Assembly (NCBI RefSeq): GCF_003231495.1
Contig: NZ_PQWO01000003.1
Span: 210,001-242,000, forward strand
DNA length: 32,000 bases
From: Acaryochloris thomasi RCC1774
GTDB taxonomy: Bacteria > Cyanobacteriota > Cyanobacteriia > Thermosynechococcales > Thermosynechococcaceae
Direction: 5' to 3'
Every line of letters begins with the position of its first letter. The stretch's first letter is position 1. A model generated the notes under the pieces. That model ran no database searches. It was not told the origin of the DNA and saw only the letters and a list, made by a program, of their open reading frames with translations. This document shows, in pieces, positions 17,742 to 27,160 of this stretch. Both the position numbers and the translations under genes were made by a program.

Positions 17742-18067
17742 TAGGCTGCGGTCAAGGAAGCCAGGGCATCAGGGATGGCCTCTGAGGGACTTTGAAATTC
17801 ACCGACGGCGACGTATTCAAGGCGCAGCTTCAGCCACGTAATAAATTGAGGGCTGGTGGAGATAATGGCGGCACAGGGTTGGGGGCACTTGGCTTTGACG
17901 GCCTGTAGTTCCGGTGATTCCAGGAAGGCGGGCTGCTTTACCAGCCAAAAGTCGACTTCTTTGTTGTTCTCTTCGTAGTTGCGGTATCGCTCTTTGAAGA
18001 CTTCATCGAGGGGCTCTTCCTCTAACAGAAATTTTTGGCTGGCGAGGGCGTAATGATAGGTTGGCAT
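17741..18067 (-). CDS. ycf54: Ycf54-like protein (Mg-protoporphyrin monomethyl ester cyclase complex factor, DUF2488)
   Basis: [40 protein letters not shown] matches the Ycf54 family. I chose the ATG at 18067; the TTG at 18082 is the longest ORF. Its stop shares nt 17741 with the purM ATG. Confidence 0.8.
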   Translation of the reverse strand: MPTYHYALASQKFLLEEEPLDEVFKERYRNYEENNKEVDFWLVKQPAFLESPELQAVKAKCPQPCAAIISTSPQFITWLKLRLEYVAVGEFQSPSEAIPDALASLTAA

Positions 18068-18164
18068 GGGTTGCGATCGCAAATAGTCAAGACAGGGCCA
18101 TCAACAGACAGCCGGTTCTTTATTATCTCAGCCGACCTGCGCTTTTGGGAGCCAAAATCTCTAG

Positions 18165-18362
18165 ATGAAATCAATGCAGCAAGAGAAAGGAATTATCTTA
18201 GGCGTCACAGAACTTGATGAACAACGGATTTTTGAGTTATCTATTCAAAAAGAGCCACTAGATGATTCGATAGTCATCAGCACAGCACGAATCAATCGAA
18301 AGACAAAAGTTGTTTCAGTTATCATCTCCAATCTAGAGAAAAAGAACAGTGCGTTACCTTAG
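18165..18362 (+). CDS. hypothetical 65-aa protein (orphan, low confidence)
   Basis: ATG ORF in an AT-rich islet: 37% G+C by hand count, against about 50% in neighbouring genes. I see no convincing Shine-Dalgarno sequence and recognise no family. Confidence 0.3.
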   Translation: MKSMQQEKGIILGVTELDEQRIFELSIQKEPLDDSIVISTARINRKTKVVSVIISNLEKKNSALP

Positions 18363-18527
18363 GAGACTGCCTACGCTAAATTCCCACGAAGTTTTTCTGC
18401 TCTATCCCAGTAAAAACATGACGAGTAAGAGTGAGAACCAGCGGCTTGCATTGTTCAGATCAGCCAAGACAAAGATTGAGTTCATTATATTGCGCCTCCC
18501 ATTGCCCCATTAAATTGGAGCGGCCCC

Positions 18528-20861
18528 TCAAACCTGCAAATGCTTCCGCTCCACGTTGGCGATGGTGCGTCGGACCTGCGGGACAGACTGCTGATCGACC
18601 GAAACTGCGGTGATTCCCCATTCGACTAGCTTCTCAAGAAGACGAGACTCTACTTGACCGCAAAGCGAGCAGGGAATATCTAGTGTTTTGGCTGCCTGGA
18701 TCAGTTGAGAGATCGCAGCCATAACAGCCGGATGACCAGTGTTCAAAGATCTATCCAAGAGAGGCCGGTCGCGATCGACCCCCAAAATGAGCTGAGTCAT
18801 GTCATTTGAGCCGATTGCAATCCCCTGAACACCTGCCTTAACGTAGTCTTCGAGTAGGAACAGAACGGAGGGAACTTCAGCCATAATCCACACTTCAAAT
18901 TTGGGAGATTGGAATAGACCTGCGGTGGAGATGCGATCGCAACACCAAACAAACTCCTCCACTGAACGCACAAAGGGCAACAGCAGCCGCACATTGTCCC
19001 AGCCCCGTTGCTGCAGCTCAGCTAGAGCCGCCAGCTCACAGTCAAACAGTCGCGGATCGGCTTGATAGCGAGCAACTCCCCGCAGACCCAAGGCTGGATT
19101 AACCTCAAACGGCTCTACCTCTCCGCCGATTAAGCCCGCTAACTCACGACTACTCCCATCTAGGGTGCGGTAAAAGACAGGTCGTGGTGCAAAAGCTTCT
19201 AAGAAGATCTGGAGACGGTCAACCAAATATTCCGTCAGGATGGCCTGCTTTCCCTGCTGAATCCACTGTTGCGGATGGTGACGCTGGAGCAGATCTAACA
19301 GCAGCCATTCAGACCGCAAAAGTCCAATGCCGTCCACAGGAAGTTGACTGGCGGCATCCGCATTATGGAACTGGCTGAGAGTCACCCATACCTGAGTCTT
19401 CAGAGAGAGAGCCGTCTCAGTCAGAATGCCTGAGGGCAGAGGGATTGTCTGTTGAGCATCCGTCAAAGGATAGACCGCTCCCCGATCTCCGTCGAGCCTC
19501 AGTTGCTGACCGGTCTGAAGCAGGGTAGTCGCATTTGAGAATCCCACAATAGCGGGCAAACCCAGCTCCCGCGCCAGAATTGCGCCGTGGGAAGTCAGAC
19601 CTCCCTGTTCGCAAATTAAACCTGCCGCCTGCCGCAGCCACGGAAGATCACTGGGCTGGCAGTAGGGAACGACCAAAATAGTATTAGCGACAGATTCTGG
19701 AGACTGGGCCTGGAGATCGTGGGTGATGTGGGGGGATGCGATCGCAACTCCAGGCGCAGCAGGAAGTCCCTCCACCAAAGCCCCAGAAGTCCCTGAGACA
19801 AAGTTCACGTTTAAATCGAACAACGACCGAGGCAGTTCCGCCGCCAGCTCATGGATCCATAAACGGGGTTCTGATTGATGGCAGAGAGACCATCTAGCAC
19901 GTGAGGCTCCCGCCACCATATGAGGCTCCAGTTCAGTCGCTAGGGCCATCATTGCTTCTAGTTCCGCATCACTGAGGCTGAAAGCAGTCTCGGTTGATGC
20001 TAACGAAAGCTTTAATTCCCCTGCCTGCGAGACTAGGCCATAGGCAGCAGAAGAACCGCTGAGCTGACTAGCGATAACCCCTGTGCGGCGATTGACCTGG
20101 AACAAACTGGGACTTATATCACCCAAAAGCAGACCAACAGGAAGCCCTGAAACGACCTGAATCAAAAGATCCTGCGCGGTCAACTGGAACCAACCTGAAA
20201 CCGGCGCAGCGGGTAAAGGCTGTAGGATGATTGCCAACTTCAAATGCTCGAACGACAGACCCGACTGTTCCCAGAGATAAAGAATTTGTGCCTGAAAAAG
20301 CTGTTTCCAGAGCTGTTTGACGCTGTGAGCTAACGCTTCGGGGGTGAGGCAGCAGTACTGGGGCGTGATCAGGTTCGTTAACCCAGCCAAACTAGATTCG
20401 CACTCCGCAGGCAACCACAGAGAAGGCGTAAGACTAACCCGCAGGTGAGCCAGTCCCTCAACAGGCCGTCTCTCGTCCGCGCAGGTGAGAAGCTCCTCCC
20501 GATCACTCCACTCCTGAAGATTGCGGACCCAGTCTTGGCTCCACAGCAGCGGTAAATCGGTTTCTTCAACGCTAGCCTGCAGCGTCTGAGCCACAGACTG
20601 GAGCTGATCAGGCTGGTCTAGATTAAAATGCAGCCTCAAATGCGGAAAATCTCTCAGCAGCGGCGATTGCCACTCCAGCCGCTCTAGAAAAAGCTGCAGC
20701 ACGTCGGCAGAAATAACCGCACTCTCTACCACAGATTCTTGAGGAAGTTGGCTTAGCCACAGTGCCTGTGTTCCGACCGACGACGGCTGAGCTGCCTGAA
20801 TCTGGTCTAGTGTGTACAGAGAATACAGCTCCCCTCGGGTGGAGTCAGTTGCTCCAGTCAC
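18528..20861 (-). CDS. PEP-utilising enzyme, PpsA-like paralogue with divergent N-terminal ATP-grasp domain
   Basis: 777 aa with a GTG start. The phosphohistidine swivel motif is GGLTSHGAILARELGLPAIVG (His codon 19587-19589). The C-terminal PEP/pyruvate TIM-barrel motifs are FYRTLD, NPALGLRG, MAEVPS, IGSNDMTQLILGVDRD and SLCGQ. Confidence 0.85.
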   Translation of the reverse strand: MTGATDSTRGELYSLYTLDQIQAAQPSSVGTQALWLSQLPQESVVESAVISADVLQLFLERLEWQSPLLRDFPHLRLHFNLDQPDQLQSVAQTLQASVEETDLPLLWSQDWVRNLQEWSDREELLTCADERRPVEGLAHLRVSLTPSLWLPAECESSLAGLTNLITPQYCCLTPEALAHSVKQLWKQLFQAQILYLWEQSGLSFEHLKLAIILQPLPAAPVSGWFQLTAQDLLIQVVSGLPVGLLLGDISPSLFQVNRRTGVIASQLSGSSAAYGLVSQAGELKLSLASTETAFSLSDAELEAMMALATELEPHMVAGASRARWSLCHQSEPRLWIHELAAELPRSLFDLNVNFVSGTSGALVEGLPAAPGVAIASPHITHDLQAQSPESVANTILVVPYCQPSDLPWLRQAAGLICEQGGLTSHGAILARELGLPAIVGFSNATTLLQTGQQLRLDGDRGAVYPLTDAQQTIPLPSGILTETALSLKTQVWVTLSQFHNADAASQLPVDGIGLLRSEWLLLDLLQRHHPQQWIQQGKQAILTEYLVDRLQIFLEAFAPRPVFYRTLDGSSRELAGLIGGEVEPFEVNPALGLRGVARYQADPRLFDCELAALAELQQRGWDNVRLLLPFVRSVEEFVWCCDRISTAGLFQSPKFEVWIMAEVPSVLFLLEDYVKAGVQGIAIGSNDMTQLILGVDRDRPLLDRSLNTGHPAVMAAISQLIQAAKTLDIPCSLCGQVESRLLEKLVEWGITAVSVDQQSVPQVRRTIANVERKHLQV

Positions 20862-20888
20862 GAACTAAGCCTTCAGAGCGATATGTCG

Positions 20889-21716
20889 CTAAACCTTGCT
20901 GCGATCGGTCAAGATCTCATAGCCAGTCTTTGTGACCAGTACCGTATGCTCAAACTGAGCCGAGAGCGCATTATCGACCGTGACCGCAGTCCAGCGATCG
21001 CGCAAAATTCGAGTTCGCTTAGACCCTTCATTTACAATCGGCTCAATGGCAATCGTCATACCAGCCCGCAGCTTTACGTTCCGCATTTCACGGGTTCTAA
21101 AGTTGAACACCGACGGCTCTTCATGTAGGTTGCGACCCACGCCGTGCCCGGTAAATTCTTCAACGATAGCAAAGCCATTGGCTTCCACATGATCTTGGAT
21201 TGCTCCGGCCAGATCCATCAGGTAGTTGCCCTCTTTAACCTGCTCAATCCCTTTGAAGAGCGCTTCTTCCGCCACCTTGATTAACTTTGCGGCATCTGGC
21301 GTCACCTCACCCACCGCAATCGTGATACAGGAGTCGCCGTGGAAGCCCTCAAAATAAGCTCCCGTATCCACCTTCAAGACATCCCCTTCTCGAATAACTT
21401 TCTTTTTGTTGGGAATACCGTGCACCACTTCATTGTTAATGCTAGAGCAGATTGAGGCCGGAAAGCCTTGATAGCCCTTGAAGCTAGGCTGCGCGTCCAT
21501 CTCCCGGATACGTTTTTCAGCATGGGCATCTAAATCTGCTGTGGTCATGCCGGGTTCGGTCAGTTCACCAATCTCTTTGAGAACCGTCGCCACAATCTTG
21601 GAGGCCTGCCGCATGATCTCGATCTCACGCTGAGACTTGAGTTCAATACCTCGACCGCGCTGCCGAGGAACGGCTGTAGGCGTCGGTTGAGTCAGCAAAT
21701 TCGAGAGAATATTCAT
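20889..21716 (-). CDS. map: type I methionine aminopeptidase
   Basis: 275 aa with an ATG start. Motifs: [54 protein letters not shown]. Confidence 0.95.
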   Translation of the reverse strand: MNILSNLLTQPTPTAVPRQRGRGIELKSQREIEIMRQASKIVATVLKEIGELTEPGMTTADLDAHAEKRIREMDAQPSFKGYQGFPASICSSINNEVVHGIPNKKKVIREGDVLKVDTGAYFEGFHGDSCITIAVGEVTPDAAKLIKVAEEALFKGIEQVKEGNYLMDLAGAIQDHVEANGFAIVEEFTGHGVGRNLHEEPSVFNFRTREMRNVKLRAGMTIAIEPIVNEGSKRTRILRDRWTAVTVDNALSAQFEHTVLVTKTGYEILTDRSKV

Positions 21717-21845
21717 GCGAAGTAACGATGGTAGAACAAAAGGATAGACTAAGGGACTTCATTCCAAACCAGAGAGAGCCGCTCTCTCCTACAATAACGC
21801 CAATGGCTAATCAACAACAGCAGCTGAACAGAGAAGTAACACTCC

Positions 21846-24800
21846 CTATCCTGTATTCCGCATCCCGGCGGCAATGCCGTTGATGGTCAGCAAGGCTCCC
21901 CGCAGCAGCTCACCCTTGCTGTACTGAGACCGTACCCCGGTGCCCGCCGCATTCAGACTCTGGTGGTTTCGCAATCGATTAAGCAGCGAAACTTGCAAAA
22001 ACCCAAGGGGAACAATGGTGCCGTTACGAAGCTGGACAGAGCGCTTCAGATTAGGATCGCCATCGAGAAGCTGCTTGCGCCCAGTAATCATCAAAATCAG
22101 CTTGCGGGTCAGGTAGTATTCGTCTGAAATTTGCTGGAAGACGTGCTCAAAGCGCTCTCGGTCCTCCGGCTTCGATAGCTCATGAACATAATGGTGAGCA
22201 ATTTGTAAATCCACCTTCGAGAGCGTCATCTCAACCTTGGACACCACCATCTTGAAGAAAGGCCACTTGGCATAGAAAAACTGCAGAAGACTCAGATGCT
22301 CTGCCGAATTTTCGGTCAAGAACTCCTCTAGGGCTGTCCCCACGCCATACCAGGCCGGAACCAAAAAGCGACTTTGGGTCCAGCTAAACACCCAAGGAAT
22401 CGCCCGCAGACTGTCTAATGTATTGCCCTTCCGACGACGGCTGGGGCGTGAGCTAATCTGTAGCTGGCTAATTTCCTGAATAGGGGTGACCTGATAGAAG
22501 AAATCCACAAAGTCATCCTGCTCATAAATCAAAGAGCGATATTTCTTCCGCGATCGCGCTGACAGATCCTCCATGATCTCATGCCAGGGATCAATATCGT
22601 CAATGGTTGAACGCAGCAGACTCGCTTGAATCACCGCCGTCGTAATCGTTTCTAGGTTATACAGCGCTAACTCTGGCAGCGAGTACTTAGAGGCAACAAC
22701 TTCTCCCTGCTCAGTGATTTTGATGCGGCCATCGATGGTGCGACCGGGCTGGGCCAAAATCGCTTCGTAGGCAGGCCCCCCCCCCCGACCCACCGAGCCA
22801 CCCCGACCGTGAAAGATCCGTAGGGAGACGCCATAGGGAGCTGCCGTTTTCTGCAAAGACTGCTGAGCCTTATAGATTTCCCAGTTACTGCTCAGGAACC
22901 CAGAGTCTTTATTACTATCTGAATAGCCAAGCATTACCTCCTGCAAAGCAAGGGGAGCTGCACCTTCTGCCTCAGGGTTGTCGTTCTCTGTAGTTTCGGT
23001 GGAGGTTTCTGCATTTAGATAGGTTCGGTAGAGCGGTAGCTCAAACAGCGCCGTCATCACCTCAGGGGCGCGCTTGAGATCGTCTACGGTTTCAAATAGC
23101 GGCACCACATGGAGCGTGCCACGATGGGTTGCAGGATCGTAGAGTCCGGTTTCTTTGGAAAACAACAGCACTTCTAGGAGGTCACTGACGTCGTGGCACA
23201 TGCTGATGATGTAGGTGCGGCAGATGTCTTGGCCAAATTCTTCCTGCAGTCGCCGCGCCACCTTGAAGGTGTCAATGGTCTCTTTTGTTCTATCGGAGAA
23301 GGGAAGCTCTGTTGGGATTAAAGGCCGTCGGGTCTGCAGTTCTTGAATGAGCCACTGCGTTCGCTCGGCCTCAGACAGCTCGTTGTAAGGTTGGGGCAAG
23401 ATTTGCAGATAGTCGGCAATCTCGGTGATGGCATCAGAGTGGTAGGAGCTATCTTGGCGAATATCGAGCTGAGTCAGATTAAAACCGTATATTTCAACCT
23501 GGCAAATGAGGTCTTCCAGTTCACGGCAGTGGAGACCAGTCCCCTGCAGATTCTGGTTGATAACCAGTAGCTCTGATAAAAAAGCTTCGACATTGGTGTA
23601 GTACTGCGGCTCCTGAAGGGTTGTCGCCAGAGGAGCAGCAAACAGATCGCCACCTTGGGTCTGCTGAGAGTTGCGATCGCGAGTATTCTTGAGCCGTTTA
23701 AGAATATAAGAGAGCTTCAGCCGGTAGGGTTCTTGGCGAAAGCGAATAGCGAGCTGGTCATAAATTTCAGGCATCAGCAGCTGATCCTGCTCTAGGGAAT
23801 CGAGCAAATCAGGCCGGACATCACACCAATGCATCGATAGGCTCAGCAGGTCAATCAGCTTCGTAACGGCACTGATGTACTTCTGCAGCACCAGATCGCG
23901 TTGATAACAGGCCGTCTGCCAAGTAATCTCAGGCGTAACAGAGGGATTTCCATCCCGATCTGAGCCCACCCAAGAGCCAAACTTACAGAAGTCGTACTGG
24001 GGTGGCTGTAGCTGCGGGAAAGCCTCTTGCAAATTCTGAGACAGACGCCGATAAAGCTGCGGAATGGCGTCAAACAGCACCTCATCAAAATAGTGGAGTC
24101 CATACTCCACCTCATCCAGCACCTCAGGCTTAAACTGATGTAGCTCATCGGTGCGCCACCAAAATCGAATCTCTTCCGTCAGCAACGAGCGGGCCGCATC
24201 TAACTCCCAATCTGCGCGGGTACGGGCCGCTAACCCTGACTCAACAGCATCTAAATCACTAAGCAGACTGACAATTCGGCGCTGCTTATTACGAATGGTA
24301 GACCGCACAATTTCAGTCGGGTGAGCCGTAAACACCAGCTTCACATCCAACGCATCAATGAGCTGCTGGATATGGCGCGTCGGCACATTTAAGCGCTTGA
24401 GCTGCGGGAACAGCCACGAGAACGTTCCCAAATTGTGATCTGGGGGCGTCATCTCATAGAGACTATTCTCAATATGCTCCGCTGAGCCACCCCGAGCATC
24501 GGTATAGGGCGTCTGAGATGCAGCGGCACCGTCTGCGGTCGCCGCTGGGGCAACGTGCCTCTCCTGCAGCGACCCATGGGTCCGGTAAATACTGGCTTCT
24601 TGTTCGTAATGCTGCTCGGCAATATTGATCAGCTGAAAATACAGCGCAAAAGCACGGGCAGCACGAATCGCCTCCCCTAGCTCCAGCTTCTCGACCACCT
24701 TGAGCACTTCAGCTTCAGGAACACGCGGTGCCTGCCCTTCTGGCGAACACATCGATCGCAACTGCTGCAGCAAATCGACCAGATCCTGCCCGCACTCATC

Positions 24801-24932
24801 CTGCAGCACCTCTTCTAAAAGCGCTTCAATCATCGTCAAACGATGCTGGAGCAGCAGCTCCGTCCTCGGCGGCATCATCAAATCTGAATTAGATCCGTCA
24901 GCAATGGAACCCATGGGCTTTGAACTCAGCAC
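21846..24932 (-). CDS. ppc: phosphoenolpyruvate carboxylase
   Basis: 1028 aa. Motifs: [48 protein letters not shown], and the C-terminal [11 protein letters not shown]. The longest start is the GTG at 24932; the ATG at 24914 is an alternative. Confidence 0.95.
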   Translation of the reverse strand: MLSSKPMGSIADGSNSDLMMPPRTELLLQHRLTMIEALLEEVLQDECGQDLVDLLQQLRSMCSPEGQAPRVPEAEVLKVVEKLELGEAIRAARAFALYFQLINIAEQHYEQEASIYRTHGSLQERHVAPAATADGAAASQTPYTDARGGSAEHIENSLYEMTPPDHNLGTFSWLFPQLKRLNVPTRHIQQLIDALDVKLVFTAHPTEIVRSTIRNKQRRIVSLLSDLDAVESGLAARTRADWELDAARSLLTEEIRFWWRTDELHQFKPEVLDEVEYGLHYFDEVLFDAIPQLYRRLSQNLQEAFPQLQPPQYDFCKFGSWVGSDRDGNPSVTPEITWQTACYQRDLVLQKYISAVTKLIDLLSLSMHWCDVRPDLLDSLEQDQLLMPEIYDQLAIRFRQEPYRLKLSYILKRLKNTRDRNSQQTQGGDLFAAPLATTLQEPQYYTNVEAFLSELLVINQNLQGTGLHCRELEDLICQVEIYGFNLTQLDIRQDSSYHSDAITEIADYLQILPQPYNELSEAERTQWLIQELQTRRPLIPTELPFSDRTKETIDTFKVARRLQEEFGQDICRTYIISMCHDVSDLLEVLLFSKETGLYDPATHRGTLHVVPLFETVDDLKRAPEVMTALFELPLYRTYLNAETSTETTENDNPEAEGAAPLALQEVMLGYSDSNKDSGFLSSNWEIYKAQQSLQKTAAPYGVSLRIFHGRGGSVGRGGGPAYEAILAQPGRTIDGRIKITEQGEVVASKYSLPELALYNLETITTAVIQASLLRSTIDDIDPWHEIMEDLSARSRKKYRSLIYEQDDFVDFFYQVTPIQEISQLQISSRPSRRRKGNTLDSLRAIPWVFSWTQSRFLVPAWYGVGTALEEFLTENSAEHLSLLQFFYAKWPFFKMVVSKVEMTLSKVDLQIAHHYVHELSKPEDRERFEHVFQQISDEYYLTRKLILMITGRKQLLDGDPNLKRSVQLRNGTIVPLGFLQVSLLNRLRNHQSLNAAGTGVRSQYSKGELLRGALLTINGIAAGMRNTG

Positions 24933-25054
24933 AGTAAACCTACGCTCAATAATAATGTGAGGACCAAATAAGGATTAGAGGCGCATCAAATCATAGGACC
25001 GATGGCCTTGAGACAATTCTAGGATGTAATCTCCGTTTGTCCAAAACCAGAGGG

Positions 25055-25291
25055 CTAGACAAGTTCGTCAGCTTCAGAAGCATCAGCCTCAGGGAAAGGA
25101 AGATTGGGCAGCCTACGGCCTTGAAAAAAGCTTTCGCTAAATTGCCCCAATTCTTCAAGCCATTGACCACATTGGCGCTGCACCAGCACGCCCAGAAGCA
25201 GCGGCGGAGTCGTGGCACTCACAAGAATCTGAGCCACAGGCTCAAGATGGGTATCCAGGCAATTCTTCGTATCGGTCAGGGTTGATGGCAT
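25055..25291 (-). CDS. hypothetical acidic 78-aa protein (low confidence)
   Basis: ATG ORF co-directional with the flanking pgm-like gene and ppc. Its composition looks more protein-like than the two ORFs overlapping it in other frames. I recognise no family. Confidence 0.4.
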   Translation of the reverse strand: MPSTLTDTKNCLDTHLEPVAQILVSATTPPLLLGVLVQRQCGQWLEELGQFSESFFQGRRLPNLPFPEADASEADELV

Positions 25292-25342
25292 AAATTTCGA
25301 CTAGGACTGTAGAGCCGGTCTGTAAAACCGCTTTCAACCATT

Positions 25343-26809
25343 CTACCCGTCAACCTGGGTAGCCCACTGCTTAGCCCAGTTCAAAATTTCGTCAACGCGT
25401 GCCGGATTAGCTGCTTCACAGTACAGCCGTAGAACAGGCTCTGTACCGCTAAAGCGCACCAAGAGCCAGCTTTGATCTGCAAGGCGGAATTTGCTGCCGT
25501 CTCCCGTGCCTACATCGATAACGGACTGTCCCAAGATTTCTTGAAAAGGAGCACTGCTCAACTGCCCCTGCAGATTGACTTTGACGCTATCGCTAGCAAG
25601 GGGAACATCAATACGATCGTAGGCACAGTGATAATCTGTTCGAGCTTGAAGCTGCTGATATAGCTCACTTAAATCCTTACCCGTTTGAGCTAACGCTTCC
25701 AGAAGGTATAGCGCTGACAAGAGGCCATCCCGCTCAGGAATATGATTGCCGTAGCCAATTCCGCCTGACTCTTCTCCCCCAATCAATACCGTCTCTTGAG
25801 TTTCTAGCATTCGGTCTGCGATGTACTTGTAGCCAATAGACGTTTCATAAATTGGTAGATCATGAAGCGCCGCCACCCGAGGAAAAAGATCCGAGCCGCT
25901 AATCGTTTTGATCACCTCTCCAGTCATGCCGCGATGGGTCGCCAGGTGATCAATCAAAATTGGAATCAGAAATTGAGAACTCAAGAATTCGCCCTGTCCA
26001 TCTATCGCTGCGATCCGATCGCCATCACCATCAAACACGAGTCCCAAAGCCACGCCCTGATCTTGGCGCGATTTCAGCGCCTGAATCAATTCCGGTAGGT
26101 ATTTGGGGAGAGGTTCAGGGGCACCGCCACCGAAGAGGGGGTCTCGCTCGCTATTCAATTCTTTAATCGGCGCTTCAAGGAGCTGTCCCAAACCACCCGC
26201 CGTTGCCCCGTGCATCGGATCTACATAAACAGAAAGCTTTCCTTCATTAATGGCTGTATTGATCAAGCTCAGATCAACCTTTGATTTGAGAACTTGACAG
26301 TACTCCGGCCAAGGATTGAAGGACGTGACCTGGCCGGTAGCAGGCGCTGAAGGCAGAGAACCCGCTTCCAGCTGACTCTGAATCTTTTGAGTGACAGGAA
26401 GCGGCACTGATCCGCCAAAGGCACCCTTCACCTTGAGGCCAGAGTATTGCCCAGGATTATGACTGGCTGTAATCACCAATGCCCCTAGCGCCTGACGATG
26501 ATAGGCGGCCCAGCTGAAAGCAGGCGTGGGAGCATAATCATTAGAAAGAAGAACGTCAAATCCGGCTTGGGCAACGGCGTCTGCCGTAACCTGGGCAAAT
26601 TCCTCAGATAGGAAGCGACGATCGTACCCCACAATCACCAAGCGACTCCCCGTCGACTCGCCATAGGTTGCCGACAACACCTGGGCTGCCACGGGTGCAA
26701 CTTTCTTGAGCCGTTCAAAGGTAAAGTCTGCTGCAATCACCCCTCGCCAGCCATCAGTACCAAATTTGATCGGCTTTTGAGTCAAATGATTTGAGGAGAG
26801 GACAGGCAT
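25343..26809 (-). CDS. alpha-D-phosphohexomutase (phosphoglucomutase/phosphomannomutase family)
   Basis: Motifs: FGTDGWRG, the active-site serine loop TASHNPGQYSGLKV, the metal loop FDGDGDR, and GGEESGG. I chose the ATG at 26809; a TTG at 26815 is an alternative. Confidence 0.9.
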   Translation of the reverse strand: MPVLSSNHLTQKPIKFGTDGWRGVIAADFTFERLKKVAPVAAQVLSATYGESTGSRLVIVGYDRRFLSEEFAQVTADAVAQAGFDVLLSNDYAPTPAFSWAAYHRQALGALVITASHNPGQYSGLKVKGAFGGSVPLPVTQKIQSQLEAGSLPSAPATGQVTSFNPWPEYCQVLKSKVDLSLINTAINEGKLSVYVDPMHGATAGGLGQLLEAPIKELNSERDPLFGGGAPEPLPKYLPELIQALKSRQDQGVALGLVFDGDGDRIAAIDGQGEFLSSQFLIPILIDHLATHRGMTGEVIKTISGSDLFPRVAALHDLPIYETSIGYKYIADRMLETQETVLIGGEESGGIGYGNHIPERDGLLSALYLLEALAQTGKDLSELYQQLQARTDYHCAYDRIDVPLASDSVKVNLQGQLSSAPFQEILGQSVIDVGTGDGSKFRLADQSWLLVRFSGTEPVLRLYCEAANPARVDEILNWAKQWATQVDG

Positions 26810-27160
26810 AGTCAAACCGTTATGTGGCTACGTTTACATCCTACATGCTGATCTATTTTTTATTATGACCACCGTCATTTTCTCGTTCAAATTTTCATCG
26901 GTCATTAAACCCATCATCACGAATGTTTAACCTCGAGATAATAAACACAAATCATTCCCAGAAGAAAATTTGGAAAAGCCTAGTGTTTAGTGAGTATTTT
27001 TACCTGTTTCAATTCAAAAAGTAGTTTATGATAAGAGCGTTTAAGATCTCCCATTATTCGCAGCCCGTCGTTGATTTTAAAGCTCCACAAGCTTTGAGTT
27101 TTACCTTCAACTGTACGTTTTGCGAGTCGTAATCCTTAGCAGGGATGGGAGGCGACGCAG

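Noticed and set aside
24991-25285. Two alternative ORFs (24991-25218 minus, 25037-25285 plus) overlapping the 78-aa ORF.
   Set aside because: The Trp/Cys-rich and strongly basic compositions look like off-frame translation. Only one of the three overlapping frames can plausibly be real, and 25055-25291 is the best of them.
26865-26930. 21-codon ORF (MTTVIFSFKFSSVIKPIITNV) in the sat upstream region, considered as a possible attenuation leader peptide.
   Set aside because: It has no Cys or Met codons, which a sulfur-sensing leader would be expected to have. It has no RBS, and no alternative terminator/antiterminator pairing is evident.
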